Virus record (IMG/VR): IMGVR_UViG_3300047471_000189 | Location: 14,230-78,229 of that record | Reading direction: 5' to 3' (one strand) | Source of the DNA: a virus | DNA: 64,000 bases | In this document: piece after piece, positions 28,101-36,846 of the stretch | How positions within the stretch are numbered: position 1 is the first letter of the stretch | How the letters are laid out: each line of letters starts with the position of its first letter | Made by a program: the position numbers and the translations under genes | The notes under the pieces: generated by a model | What the model was told of the DNA's origin: nothing | What the model saw: only the letters and a program-made list of their open reading frames with translations | Databases searched by the model: none

Positions 28101-28699
28101 AACTGGAACATCGCCTGATTAGCGCCGAGAGTTATCCCAGAACCAGACGGAGGGGTTGTCGGGCCGAGGACCTGTCCATTAAGGGCGGTGTAATTCGTCA
28201 GCCCGGAGAAGCTGTAGGTCTGACCAGAGACCGTTGCCGGTACGTTGGTCGAGAAGGTTACGATGGCAAAATACCGGAAGATCGGCTGATGTAACGGGGT
28301 GTATCCGATAACCAGTCTGAGACTCTCCGTGGCCGTGACTAACCGGGTGCCATGCGGAGCAGCGGTTCCTTGGACATCAGCGATAACTCTGATCTGCTCT
28401 TGGTTGTTGATGACCGGGCTGAAGGCGTAGTACCGATTGATGCCGGGGAAAGTCTGGTTGTTGTAGACAGAGGTTCCCGGTCTCCGGATGAAGGTTAGCT
28501 TCGTGGAGATTTCAGAGTTGAGACCAGAAATGGCCGTGTCTGCCCGAGACCCGTAGTACTCTGCCTCGATGTGTGGGGCATTACCACGCAGCGGGTTTCT
28601 CTGGGTAACCACACCGTCGTAGAAGGTGTCGATCCAGAGAACTCCGTAGCGGGTTGGCTTAGAGGGTTGTGCCCCTTTTTTGGCAAGCTCGTTTGGCAC
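25127..28699 (-). CDS. Tail nozzle / DNA stabilisation protein with inserted Trp-rich repeats
   Basis: Beta-rich; GRIW...NLVYFS, GLLVFT motifs of P22 gp10/T7 gp12-like proteins; synteny after adaptor. Confidence 0.65.
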   Translation of the reverse strand: MPNELAKKGAQPSKPTRYGVLWIDTFYDGVVTQRNPLRGNAPHIEAEYYGSRADTAISGLNSEISTKLTFIRRPGTSVYNNQTFPGINRYYAFSPVINNQEQIRVIADVQGTAAPHGTRLVTATESLRLVIGYTPLHQPIFRYFAIVTFSTNVPATVSGQTYSFSGLTNYTALNGQVLGPTTPPSGSGITLGANQAMFQFGTFNFFTSPDTGQAVITPIPGLGGTVRDVTGPSTNQILWNKNPDAKVTSFQGVGNTLYFSDGVSTNQLIESPLIWKANTAFTSGQYIVDPNGNLQLNIGSQTGNIADIQIASGTATIFLGTGTSLEIPVGTKVTLSGLTTVPALNGTTQTSTGNSNSQQVQFANGGTQAFAAETGQITTGSGTTGAAQPTWSTVLHAITQDGGAQWENLGSQVEPWGIPTPTVTPTVTQAPSPAVYPAWGASTWYAPLFVILDSNSNLQKLISTGSAPHQTGGSAPTWNTIIGGTTADGDVTWSCIGPGTWLTGHTYVAGDILAVTFTYYITTSEQNGTDEFGNPVFVTFQQAVTVDCLFQCTIGGTSGTTFPNWTNGVGTTTIDNTVVWVNQSGPSLSPWPGSTQTLSLATAILDSNNAVEKTTILGESGTTAPTWATAVGAYTTDSTELWLNSGPFGEANTGAWIYAYSYKNSITGHIGTASQESAPILVSADNLAIIQGAGSSATQIDTIVIWRTVQGGSVLFFLDEIPNPGGGATWTYTDTTPDTGLNELIEAPIDGINDPPPTGLLALTYHLGRIWGAVNNLVYFSTGPDVTAGNGNEAWSASNVFAFPETVTRLFPTSSGLLVFTISDIFIIQGLGTPTSAFFSAPFLTDIGLVSYDAFSVNGSIVYLYSSDNQVLTLDPSSGVSEIGFPIGDQFGPGLGTGTFTPSSTFISWHVAGSQDKGLYVSDFNGVWWRMTPTPSPETGTTWSPKAQIVGGFSAVQSIEVLPGTHELLLGPQTSGPILKRDYTVSTDNGSAYPAWATLGSIVIAQPGQLGTIESFTSDSKAIGTPISLAIQLDEIAPYFGINFITPNNAGAGYTVGDIVAVVYPGGTGGLAKVTSVSGGPTGPVTGLSLLLPGEGYPATGTALATTGGTGQALSVNITSVSYFEPLTLYVQDPTELEPSVSTYAQRFYVSQTQLPAKCRHLQVMVNWGSDTVKNELLSLSLFGGFDQEK

Positions 28700-28715
28700 T
28701 CAGGCTCCTAGTTCG

Positions 28716-29807
28716 TTATCCGTTGAAGGGCCCGGGTCCGTAAGGCCACGCGGCCCCGATACCTTGCCAGTTAGCTGTCCAGCTTCCGTCGATACCCATT
28801 GCTCCGCGTTCCGGAGTCATGCGAAATTCTTCCTGCTGCCGGTCGGCACCACGGACGGATTTCATGAGTTGTTCTTCCCACTCTAGGTAAGACGCCTGTG
28901 CGTCCTTGGCTCCGTTGAAAGCCTTGAGCGCGGCCCGGCAGCCCTGCCGGAAAGTAAAGAACATGCTCTGTGGGATCGGGTCCAGAGACTGCTGTAGCGT
29001 AGCCACAACAGGGGGAAGCATTTGATACCGAGGAACAATCCACCAGCAGAGGCCGTTCAGAGCCGGGACAGGGGATAGCCGGAACCCATAACCGTTGGGG
29101 TCGGCAACTGTCCAGATTACGGTGTTGTCCTGAATTCTAGTTCCCGGGGTAGATTGTGGGGGAGCGGCTGGCTCGGTAGCCCCAGAGATACCGTAAGGAG
29201 AAAATCCGGGCGGTATGATCGTGGTCCCTGTGTACCCCGGAGACTCGATAGTCAAACCCAGTTGGGTCGAGTCAAGGAACAGAATGTTTCCGTTCACGTC
29301 GATAAACTGTTGTATAGGGGTCCGAGGAGTCATCGACACACCGTACCCACTGGAGTATTCGGTGTTCGGCTGCCACTGTCCCATGATTGCAAAGTTATTC
29401 TGGATGAAGCAGATTTGGAGAGGGACGCTTTGTGCCGATACCTGCGGAATGTCTCTGACGGTTTCTACGACGAACGTCGGCTTTGGGGCCCCATTGTTAT
29501 TGGACGTAGAGTTGTTGATGTCGACCCGCCACGCATCCTCCAACCACCCTATGTCTGTGAGGTTAGTGACATAATCCTGCTGCAAGCTGGACGTGAGAAA
29601 CGGTGGAGCAACTTTCCGGTTCCACTTCCACGGCATGTTCTCATCGAGAACCCGTTGCATCACCTCGTTCACAATGGTGAGCATCGGCTCAGTGCTGTAT
29701 CCAGCAGCACCTCCGAGAACATTATAGAATTCCGGATTGGCCTTTAGCTGGTTCGCGATCTGCTGACCAGTTAAGGAGTAAGCGTGATTTCCGGGGATTA
29801 AAGGCAT
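28716..29807 (-). CDS. Head-tail adaptor-like protein
   Basis: VNEVMQ...PWKWNR...QQDY; RLSPVP; paralogous pattern to 40780-41493. Confidence 0.55.
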   Translation of the reverse strand: MPLIPGNHAYSLTGQQIANQLKANPEFYNVLGGAAGYSTEPMLTIVNEVMQRVLDENMPWKWNRKVAPPFLTSSLQQDYVTNLTDIGWLEDAWRVDINNSTSNNNGAPKPTFVVETVRDIPQVSAQSVPLQICFIQNNFAIMGQWQPNTEYSSGYGVSMTPRTPIQQFIDVNGNILFLDSTQLGLTIESPGYTGTTIIPPGFSPYGISGATEPAAPPQSTPGTRIQDNTVIWTVADPNGYGFRLSPVPALNGLCWWIVPRYQMLPPVVATLQQSLDPIPQSMFFTFRQGCRAALKAFNGAKDAQASYLEWEEQLMKSVRGADRQQEEFRMTPERGAMGIDGSWTANWQGIGAAWPYGPGPFNG

Positions 29808-29816
29808 GAAGTCTCC

Positions 29817-29831
29817 GTCCGAATAATGGAC
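29817..29831. repeat. Dispersed 15-bp motif copy
   Basis: GTCCGAATAATGGAC, intergenic. Confidence 0.85.
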
Positions 29832-29834
29832 AAG

Positions 29835-31085
29835 TTAGTTAGAGGCCCAGCAGGTCGTCGCGAGTGCCGCTATAGTGCGACCAGCGTCTTGTCGGCTATC
29901 AATGTTATAGGAAAAAGTGGTGGTCGTTTGTGCGCTGATGTTAATCGCAAACCCACCCCGGTTCCCGATAGTTCCTCCGCCAGACCAAGTTCCTACCTGA
30001 CACCACATGTAGTAAGTAGCGGGAAGTGTAGCTCCCCATGCTTGGGTAGCTTCGCATCCTTCTCCAGCGTTTCCGTCATCGACTACCGTGCAGGAAGTGA
30101 AAGTAACTTTCCCTATAATCGTAGTGGTAGGTCCTGTAGGGTAAGTAATCGCAACAGCGGTCTGGGCAGTTGTGCGACCCTTACCGTCGGTAGTTACCTG
30201 ACACACATGGGTAGCATCTCCGCACGATCCCGGTGACCCGTTCACTGTGTTGAGGGTAAGGGGCTGCACTCCTCCGCCGCTTGGAGTAGTTGCGTCTCCG
30301 CCGCCGTTGATCTGTGTGATTCCGGCAGACGCCGACCCGCAGTTAGCTGCTCCTGACACCGCGATTCCTGTAGCGAATTGTCCACCCGGGCATTGTGCCG
30401 GAGTGGTGGCTAGAGCCGTAGCGGTTGCTGCGAGAGTGGCTGTGCCTGCGTTTCCTGAAGTGTTCGCGGCGTTGTCCGGGATGTCTGCACTTACTAACCC
30501 ACGGATAGCAAGAGCCGCCGACCCTCCGGATGCTGGCCCGGCCAGTACCGTGTTTGCCGCAGCGGAAGACCCGGCTAAAATATTCGTCCAAGCTCCGGGG
30601 GCGGTTTGTGCTCCGGTTCCACCTTGGAGAATAGTAGCGAAATTCTCTCCACTTATGGTAGTTCCACCGGCTGCATAATACGCAAGTTGACCGGTAGTTC
30701 CGGGGTTGATTAACCCGGTTGTGGTGCTACTGACGACACAGACATTCGGAATCACTATCCCGCCCGCGCTCGGGTAGGAGATGGTTTCCGTTACGCAGTA
30801 CCCCAACGGGATGTAGTAGTCGTAGTTACCGCCTTCGTCTGCGGTCACGACGGACGGGATAATCGGGGCTGTTAATAACGGGTCCGAGTATATCGTGGCT
30901 GCCATATCGGTCGCGGTGGAGGTGACGGCAACTGTTGAGTACGGTTGAATCACAGCTTCCACCCCGGACGACCCGCGAGCTAAGACCTGTCCGACACGGT
31001 GATACCCGATGGTAACCTGACCATCGCTGTGTGCAGCGATAGCCAAGGCCATCAGTGTGCCGGAAATTATATGAACTAATTTCAT
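29835..31085 (-). CDS. Tail-fibre-like protein with signal-peptide-like N-terminus
   Basis: ATIYSDPLLT..VTADEGGNY head-binding-like domain shared with 36846-40778; QGGTGAQTA fibre motif. Confidence 0.6.
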   Translation of the reverse strand: MKLVHIISGTLMALAIAAHSDGQVTIGYHRVGQVLARGSSGVEAVIQPYSTVAVTSTATDMAATIYSDPLLTAPIIPSVVTADEGGNYDYYIPLGYCVTETISYPSAGGIVIPNVCVVSSTTTGLINPGTTGQLAYYAAGGTTISGENFATILQGGTGAQTAPGAWTNILAGSSAAANTVLAGPASGGSAALAIRGLVSADIPDNAANTSGNAGTATLAATATALATTPAQCPGGQFATGIAVSGAANCGSASAGITQINGGGDATTPSGGGVQPLTLNTVNGSPGSCGDATHVCQVTTDGKGRTTAQTAVAITYPTGPTTTIIGKVTFTSCTVVDDGNAGEGCEATQAWGATLPATYYMWCQVGTWSGGGTIGNRGGFAINISAQTTTTFSYNIDSRQDAGRTIAALATTCWASN

Positions 31086-31094
31086 CCTAACTCC

Positions 31095-34000
31095 TTATCG
31101 CAAAACCGAACCTTTGAAGTGTCCACCGTGTCCCTTAGAACCGTGGGTTGTCGGGTTCGTCACAGTGAGTCCAGTTGAACCGGATACACTTGACGAGGTA
31201 GCCATGATCGTCGTGCTACCTGCCAGAACGCCTGTGGCTAATCCCCCTGCCGAGATCGTGGCGATGCTTGTGAAGGTGCTGGACCACGTAACAGTTGATG
31301 TGCAATTTGTTGTGGTCGAATCGGACCAGTGGCAAGTTGCGGTGTACTGCTTCGTCGACCCCACAACAACCGAGGTACCGGCTGGGGTCACGACGATGCT
31401 GGTTAGGGTCGGCGGGATATTGATCGTATACAACGAACTTCCCACAGAGCTATTCGTAAACCCTGACGCAGAGGCTATCGCCTTGACTGTCTGGGTCGTC
31501 GAGACGGTGAGAGGGGAAGAGTAGACCGTCGATCCTGTTGTTGGGGTCGATCCGTTGGTTGTGTAATAAATGGTAGATGCAGGCGTGGTATCGGAGAGCG
31601 CCACTGTCTGGGTAGACGTGTACGTTCCGGCGTTCGGGCTGGTCACTGGCGTAGCGACAACCGGAGCGTTGATTGTATAGGCTGCGCTGCCTGCGGTGGA
31701 ATCTTGGAATCCTGTTCCGCCAGCGACAGCATACAGAGTTTCACTGGCCGCAACGGAAACAGGTGCGGTGTATTTGGTACCGGTTGTACAGCCGGTTGCT
31801 CCATCAGTTGCCGGAGACCCGGTCGTGTTGTAGCAGATTACAGATCCCGACGTAGTCGAGATCGTTACCGTCTGTGTTCCGGTGTAGGTTCCCGCAACAG
31901 GAGAGAAGGTTGGGGTAACTGCTATTGGGGCCGTGGAGGCCGTGAAAGACGCCTGATCGAGATTGATAAAATACGTCTGTGAACCGCTTGGCGTATTCGC
32001 GTCCATCTGAAACTGGAAGCCGTTACCCGACGTCCACCCCATTGGAAGCACGCCTGAGTTCGTCGTGATCCCGAGGTTATGCACGGTCCCGTTCAAAACG
32101 AACGTGTCGTACACCTGACTATTTCCTACCCTGTGATCGGTAGTTGTGATGTGGTTCCACCCTATTAACGGTGCCTGCGTCACACCTGAGTCAATCCACT
32201 GTATTGTGGCCTGATCCCATGCGTCCCACGAATTATGGCCACCCGGACATCCTGCGCCGTTGTAGCAGTACTGCCAGCCGAACATGTACTCCCGATTCAA
32301 ACCGACCGAGAACAGGAAGGCAGTGTCTAACTCCAAGGCACCAAGATTCGAAGTGGAAGGAAGATATACTTCAAAATCGGATGCAAAGTTTGTGCAAAGG
32401 TCGCAAACTGGAGCGAGCCAGTAGAATAGAACATTGGTGTCTGGTTGGTTTGCGACCATACTCATTTGCATGGACGACCCAGACAAGGAGGGTGAAGCGT
32501 TTCTGATAGTCTGATTGGTTGAGACGGGGATTCCTGTTCCCCCGGGATCGCATCCCGGTTTGATGCAGGTGTTCCAGCCAGTAAGTGAATTCCACAAGCC
32601 GGGCAAGTTAATCGTGTAAGCGGCACTTCCGACAGAGCTAGTCACAAACCCGGCTGCGGTAGCGATAGCCTTCACTGTGGTGTTGGAATTCAGGGTGATT
32701 GCTCCCGAATAGACAGTTGACCCGGTCGTGGGGGTTGAGCCGTCCAGAGTGTAGTAGATTGTCGAGCTTGGGGTTGTATCAGAGATTGTTACTGTCTGAA
32801 TGCTCGTGTAGGTTCCAGCAGTCGGGGAGAAGGTCGGAGTTGCAACAGTCGGAGTGGAGTTATCTACTGCTCCAATGATGCCTCCGGTCGAACTGGTCAC
32901 TACTGTGGATCTGGCCGTAGCGTAGTGCGTGTTCGCGTTGAATTGAAAACGCACCGGCATGTTCGCCGCACCACCGCTCAGCCCAGTACCGCTCTGCGGG
33001 GAAACCGGCACATAAGTTCCCGTGGTAAATGGCTGGCTTGCGGTCGATATGAAGTTGCCCGAGGATAACCCTGTTATGTGATTATTGATTGGCGTGACTG
33101 AGGTAAAGAGGGGAAGATCACTCCTTGTGCTTTCCCACCCGCTGTTCAGATTGCAGGCGCTTGATGGAGAGATCGGCGTCGTGATATTCATCAAAGAGCC
33201 AGCCGCAACGACGTTGGTTGTGAAATCACTAACGAACGTCTCAGTACTATTCCAGCAGGCGCTTGTTCCCGGTGTTTGCCAGATAATATTATTCTGCGCC
33301 ATGACGCGGGGGTACTCGAAGGGAGTCCCGCCGCCATTGTCGTTCGTGTCCAGAATCCCCGAACCAAGAAACGTGCCGGTGAAGCTCAATGTGTTGTTGT
33401 AGAAGTAGAGATTGCCGGGACGTGCTGCTCCGTAGGGACCGTGATCGCCTATAAAGTGGACCCCGAAAAGAGCGGTTGAGTTCTGGATGATGTTGCCATA
33501 GATATGATAGGTGTGAAACTGATCGTACCAAGCGGTCATCAGGTCCATCGTCATGATGTTGCCCTGCGCCCATCCATTAGGGATGTAGTTGTACGCTCCC
33601 ATATATTGCGGGGAATCTTGGTTATCTACGGCATCGATCACTCGCTGCGGACTGTTCGGGGTTCCTCCGGCACCATCGCCAAAATAGTTGTACCGAACGA
33701 TTGTCCCTACGCCTCGATCCTTTAGATTGATTCCTCCAGAGTTGAAAAGCATCTTGTCGATGACGTTGAATTGGACAAGCTGCAACCAGCCTTGCAGGTA
33801 GAACTGATGGATGCTTCCGTTGCCGCTGACGCCGGTTCCGTGGACGTGGTTACCTTCATAATCGGTGTTCTGAACCAGCGCCCAGCCGTTATTGGTATTG
33901 AAGTCGGAGAAGATTCCAAAGTCGCTGTTTGAAACATCGTTCCCACGGATGACCGTATCCATACTGGGCCACACGCGAAGCCCGGATGTTGCCAGCGCCC

Positions 34001-36047
34001 AATTCGCTACCGTCCCACCCGGGGCCGTGTGACTCACAGAGGATGAGGCATTCTTGATCGCCAATCCTTCAAGGATCAAATACTGCGGTCCTGTCCACGG
34101 TCCGGGAGCATAGTTGCCCCACCAGTTTGTTGAGTAATTTCCGCCAACCGATACCGCCGCATATTGCTCAATTGTGTAAGCAAAGGATGTGCTGATGGCT
34201 GGAGTAGCGTTTTGGCCGTCAATGACCGGAAGGTTTCCCGCAGAATCAGGAACACCGCAAACACGAATTGGCTGTGTTCTGGTTCCGGTTCCGCTGAACG
34301 GGAAGTATTCGTGATAGGTGGTCGGACTCGACCCGCTTAAATCTTCATTGTGAATGCGGACTGTAGAACCGGCGGTGAGCGCGGTCCACGGAACGGACGT
34401 AATAGTATGATAAGTCGCTTGCGTCGGTCCTACGTCATAGACAGTTCCTGTTGAACTTGGGTCGGCGGTGCAGTCCACCGGCATTGTCTGCGAGGGTGTT
34501 ACCGGATACGGGAGAGCGTGGCCTGTAACATAAAGAGTAGCCGTCTGAGTCTTGGTTCCGTCAGCCACACTCGTCGCCAATACCGTATAGCGACCAGCAA
34601 CCGTAGCGGAGAACACCGTATCTCTGTTTGTAATATCGCTGAGAATACCGTCCCCTCCCCCCGGCTGCGAAGTGATTGCCCAAGTCACGGCTTGGTTACT
34701 ATTACCGAGAACCCATGTCTGTAAGTCGACTTTTTGGTTAGCGTACAGGGCTTCATAGAACGGGGTTACAATTACCTGAGTGCTTGGCTGACACACATCG
34801 ATTGGAAAATCTACAGTCTTGCTTGTATCGTCCACGCTCTGTGCCCTGATCGTCACAATGGCAGTAGAGGTTGCCGTATAGGTGACGTTGCCGCTGCCAG
34901 AGCCGGGAGATACGGAACAGGTTCCCGGCGTCGAGCCAACGGTGACATCCACCCACGGAAAGGTATTTGCCGTAGCGGACAATGTGGCGGAGGCTCCGCC
35001 TGTTGTCGAGGCTACACTCCAGTTCACCTTATTGGTCGTTCCGTTGGTGATCGTCGCGTAGATACGCCGCACATCACCCGGAAGAACCTGCCAGCCATAT
35101 TGGGATTGGTTCGCAGTGATAGCAACGGCTGGGGGAGGGGTTCCCTGCGTATACGACCACGAGTTAATAAGCACCGCACCGGCATTGCCTGCCGAGACGG
35201 TAGAAGCAGTGATGCCTGCGAGGGCTGTATTACTTCCGCCTACGATGGACGGGATGTTGACTCCTGTCCAAGTATGGGTAAAGCAGGAAGGTCCCGGACA
35301 TGTCCCGCCAGCCGTCACGTCGAACAGGTTCTCAATAAGATTCGATCCGTCATAGGTGATCGTTACCGAGTAGACGTGGCCGGTGGTTGTGTTGAACTGA
35401 GTAGCTGGGGAGTTCAGCGGAACGGGATTAGTAACAAAGCTAGCGTAAGACCGATAACCGGGGTCGCCATCATTTGGGTGGCATGGATCATAGCCAGACG
35501 TATAGAGGTTAGTCGTGCTGTAGGTAAATCCGTTGGCAAAGGGACCGTTGGCAACCGGGTCCACGTTGTTGAACCCGTCCATCGTTATGGCAAAGACGTT
35601 GTTCAGGTAAGTACCGGATAGGGTCACGTTCGGAGCCTGATAGAACCCGCCTTCGCAGCCAGCGCCGTTGAAGAACCCGATCCCCTGATAGCCGGGTTGA
35701 TTGTTGGTGTTCTGGAGCACGAAGGCCAGCGTATTACCGCTGGGAATGAAGGTGTAGGTTGTCGAGAATGCCTGCACGTTGACCGGGGTCGTGAAGTTGG
35801 CAGACATTGCAGTGTGAGAACTATGCGCGGGTGCTAACTGCACTTGGCCTGAGCCGGTAATGCTGGTGGTGGTAGTACTGTTGAGCTTGAAGTTGTTCGC
35901 GCCCAGCGTGTTGTTGCTGCCTGATGCCCCGCAGGTGCCAGCACCTGAATTGAACGCGGAACAGTTAAAGATAGTCTGTCCGTGGCTATGAGCAGCGATT
36001 GCTAAAGCAAGAAGGCCGCCAGAAAGAATGCGAATGATTTTCATCAT
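31095..36047 (-). CDS. Large secreted-type adhesin/depolymerase: lectin-like, Ig-like, beta-helix, 3 chitobiase/Fn3-associated repeats, Big_2
   Basis: Three [AV]TP..SP.AGTYT..QTV..S repeats; C-terminal SIVVTP...QYTAT...VTWSS; Asn-rich beta-helix region. Confidence 0.7.
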   Translation of the reverse strand: MMKIIRILSGGLLALAIAAHSHGQTIFNCSAFNSGAGTCGASGSNNTLGANNFKLNSTTTTSITGSGQVQLAPAHSSHTAMSANFTTPVNVQAFSTTYTFIPSGNTLAFVLQNTNNQPGYQGIGFFNGAGCEGGFYQAPNVTLSGTYLNNVFAITMDGFNNVDPVANGPFANGFTYSTTNLYTSGYDPCHPNDGDPGYRSYASFVTNPVPLNSPATQFNTTTGHVYSVTITYDGSNLIENLFDVTAGGTCPGPSCFTHTWTGVNIPSIVGGSNTALAGITASTVSAGNAGAVLINSWSYTQGTPPPAVAITANQSQYGWQVLPGDVRRIYATITNGTTNKVNWSVASTTGGASATLSATANTFPWVDVTVGSTPGTCSVSPGSGSGNVTYTATSTAIVTIRAQSVDDTSKTVDFPIDVCQPSTQVIVTPFYEALYANQKVDLQTWVLGNSNQAVTWAITSQPGGGDGILSDITNRDTVFSATVAGRYTVLATSVADGTKTQTATLYVTGHALPYPVTPSQTMPVDCTADPSSTGTVYDVGPTQATYHTITSVPWTALTAGSTVRIHNEDLSGSSPTTYHEYFPFSGTGTRTQPIRVCGVPDSAGNLPVIDGQNATPAISTSFAYTIEQYAAVSVGGNYSTNWWGNYAPGPWTGPQYLILEGLAIKNASSSVSHTAPGGTVANWALATSGLRVWPSMDTVIRGNDVSNSDFGIFSDFNTNNGWALVQNTDYEGNHVHGTGVSGNGSIHQFYLQGWLQLVQFNVIDKMLFNSGGINLKDRGVGTIVRYNYFGDGAGGTPNSPQRVIDAVDNQDSPQYMGAYNYIPNGWAQGNIMTMDLMTAWYDQFHTYHIYGNIIQNSTALFGVHFIGDHGPYGAARPGNLYFYNNTLSFTGTFLGSGILDTNDNGGGTPFEYPRVMAQNNIIWQTPGTSACWNSTETFVSDFTTNVVAAGSLMNITTPISPSSACNLNSGWESTRSDLPLFTSVTPINNHITGLSSGNFISTASQPFTTGTYVPVSPQSGTGLSGGAANMPVRFQFNANTHYATARSTVVTSSTGGIIGAVDNSTPTVATPTFSPTAGTYTSIQTVTISDTTPSSTIYYTLDGSTPTTGSTVYSGAITLNSNTTVKAIATAAGFVTSSVGSAAYTINLPGLWNSLTGWNTCIKPGCDPGGTGIPVSTNQTIRNASPSLSGSSMQMSMVANQPDTNVLFYWLAPVCDLCTNFASDFEVYLPSTSNLGALELDTAFLFSVGLNREYMFGWQYCYNGAGCPGGHNSWDAWDQATIQWIDSGVTQAPLIGWNHITTTDHRVGNSQVYDTFVLNGTVHNLGITTNSGVLPMGWTSGNGFQFQMDANTPSGSQTYFINLDQASFTASTAPIAVTPTFSPVAGTYTGTQTVTISTTSGSVICYNTTGSPATDGATGCTTGTKYTAPVSVAASETLYAVAGGTGFQDSTAGSAAYTINAPVVATPVTSPNAGTYTSTQTVALSDTTPASTIYYTTNGSTPTTGSTVYSSPLTVSTTQTVKAIASASGFTNSSVGSSLYTINIPPTLTSIVVTPAGTSVVVGSTKQYTATCHWSDSTTTNCTSTVTWSSTFTSIATISAGGLATGVLAGSTTIMATSSSVSGSTGLTVTNPTTHGSKGHGGHFKGSVLR

Positions 36048-36051
36048 GCTC

Positions 36052-36846
36052 CTAAGAGATTCCGTACTTGGTTCGGAAGTACGCTTCGTTCTGTTGTACC
36101 TGTGGGAGGGTGAGGGCCGACTGGTAGACGATCAACTCCACAAATTTGCCAGCAAATAAGGCAGTACCAGTAGCGTTACCATCTCCGCCAATAACAGTAG
36201 GGCCACCAATTAGACCGCCACCGGCAGCGGACGTACTAACATCCACCGCACTTGCCATTCGAAAGTTAGTAGAAGTGCTCTGTATCCATGTAACGTTGGT
36301 CTGCGTAAACGTGTTTGCTGTGGCATGAGTCACACCTACGGCTACTAGATGGTCATCTTGTCCGGAATAACTATTGAAATTGAGATCTGTTGCCTCACCG
36401 AATGCCGGACCCAAATAGCCGGAGCCAATCACATACCCCGATGAGGTACTAGGTGGAATGCTAAAGACAAAGAATACTGTCTGCTGACTTATACAGCACC
36501 CGCTCGGAGGAACTGTAAAAGCCAACGCCCCCCAGCAACTACTAAAGGTGACGGCTGGCAGGCCGTTCACTTGGTTGGTGTTGAATGTGCAAGTGCCGTG
36601 ATTCAGGGTGGCATCGTTGGCGTTGCCGCTTCTATCAGCCCAAGCAGTGATGTTAGTACCGTTGCTCGGGGTCCCGCATACGCTGCTGGGATATGTGATG
36701 CAATCAGAAGATAACCATAGAGCCATCCCGGCCACTGGGCCTGAAGCGGCAGCGGTAACCGTGCGGTGATTTCCGGTACTGATAACCTGCCCGCCGTTGG
36801 CAGCGAGCAGAGGAATAAGAGCGAGGAGCACTAGTAATTTCTTCAT
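36052..36846 (-). CDS. LamG/concanavalin-like protein with signal peptide
   Basis: LWL....WADRSGNANDA, NGLPAVTF, ELIVY..AL....Q..E.YF..KYG; start MKKLLVLL at 36846. Confidence 0.7.
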   Translation of the reverse strand: MKKLLVLLALIPLLAANGGQVISTGNHRTVTAAASGPVAGMALWLSSDCITYPSSVCGTPSNGTNITAWADRSGNANDATLNHGTCTFNTNQVNGLPAVTFSSCWGALAFTVPPSGCCISQQTVFFVFSIPPSTSSGYVIGSGYLGPAFGEATDLNFNSYSGQDDHLVAVGVTHATANTFTQTNVTWIQSTSTNFRMASAVDVSTSAAGGGLIGGPTVIGGDGNATGTALFAGKFVELIVYQSALTLPQVQQNEAYFRTKYGIS

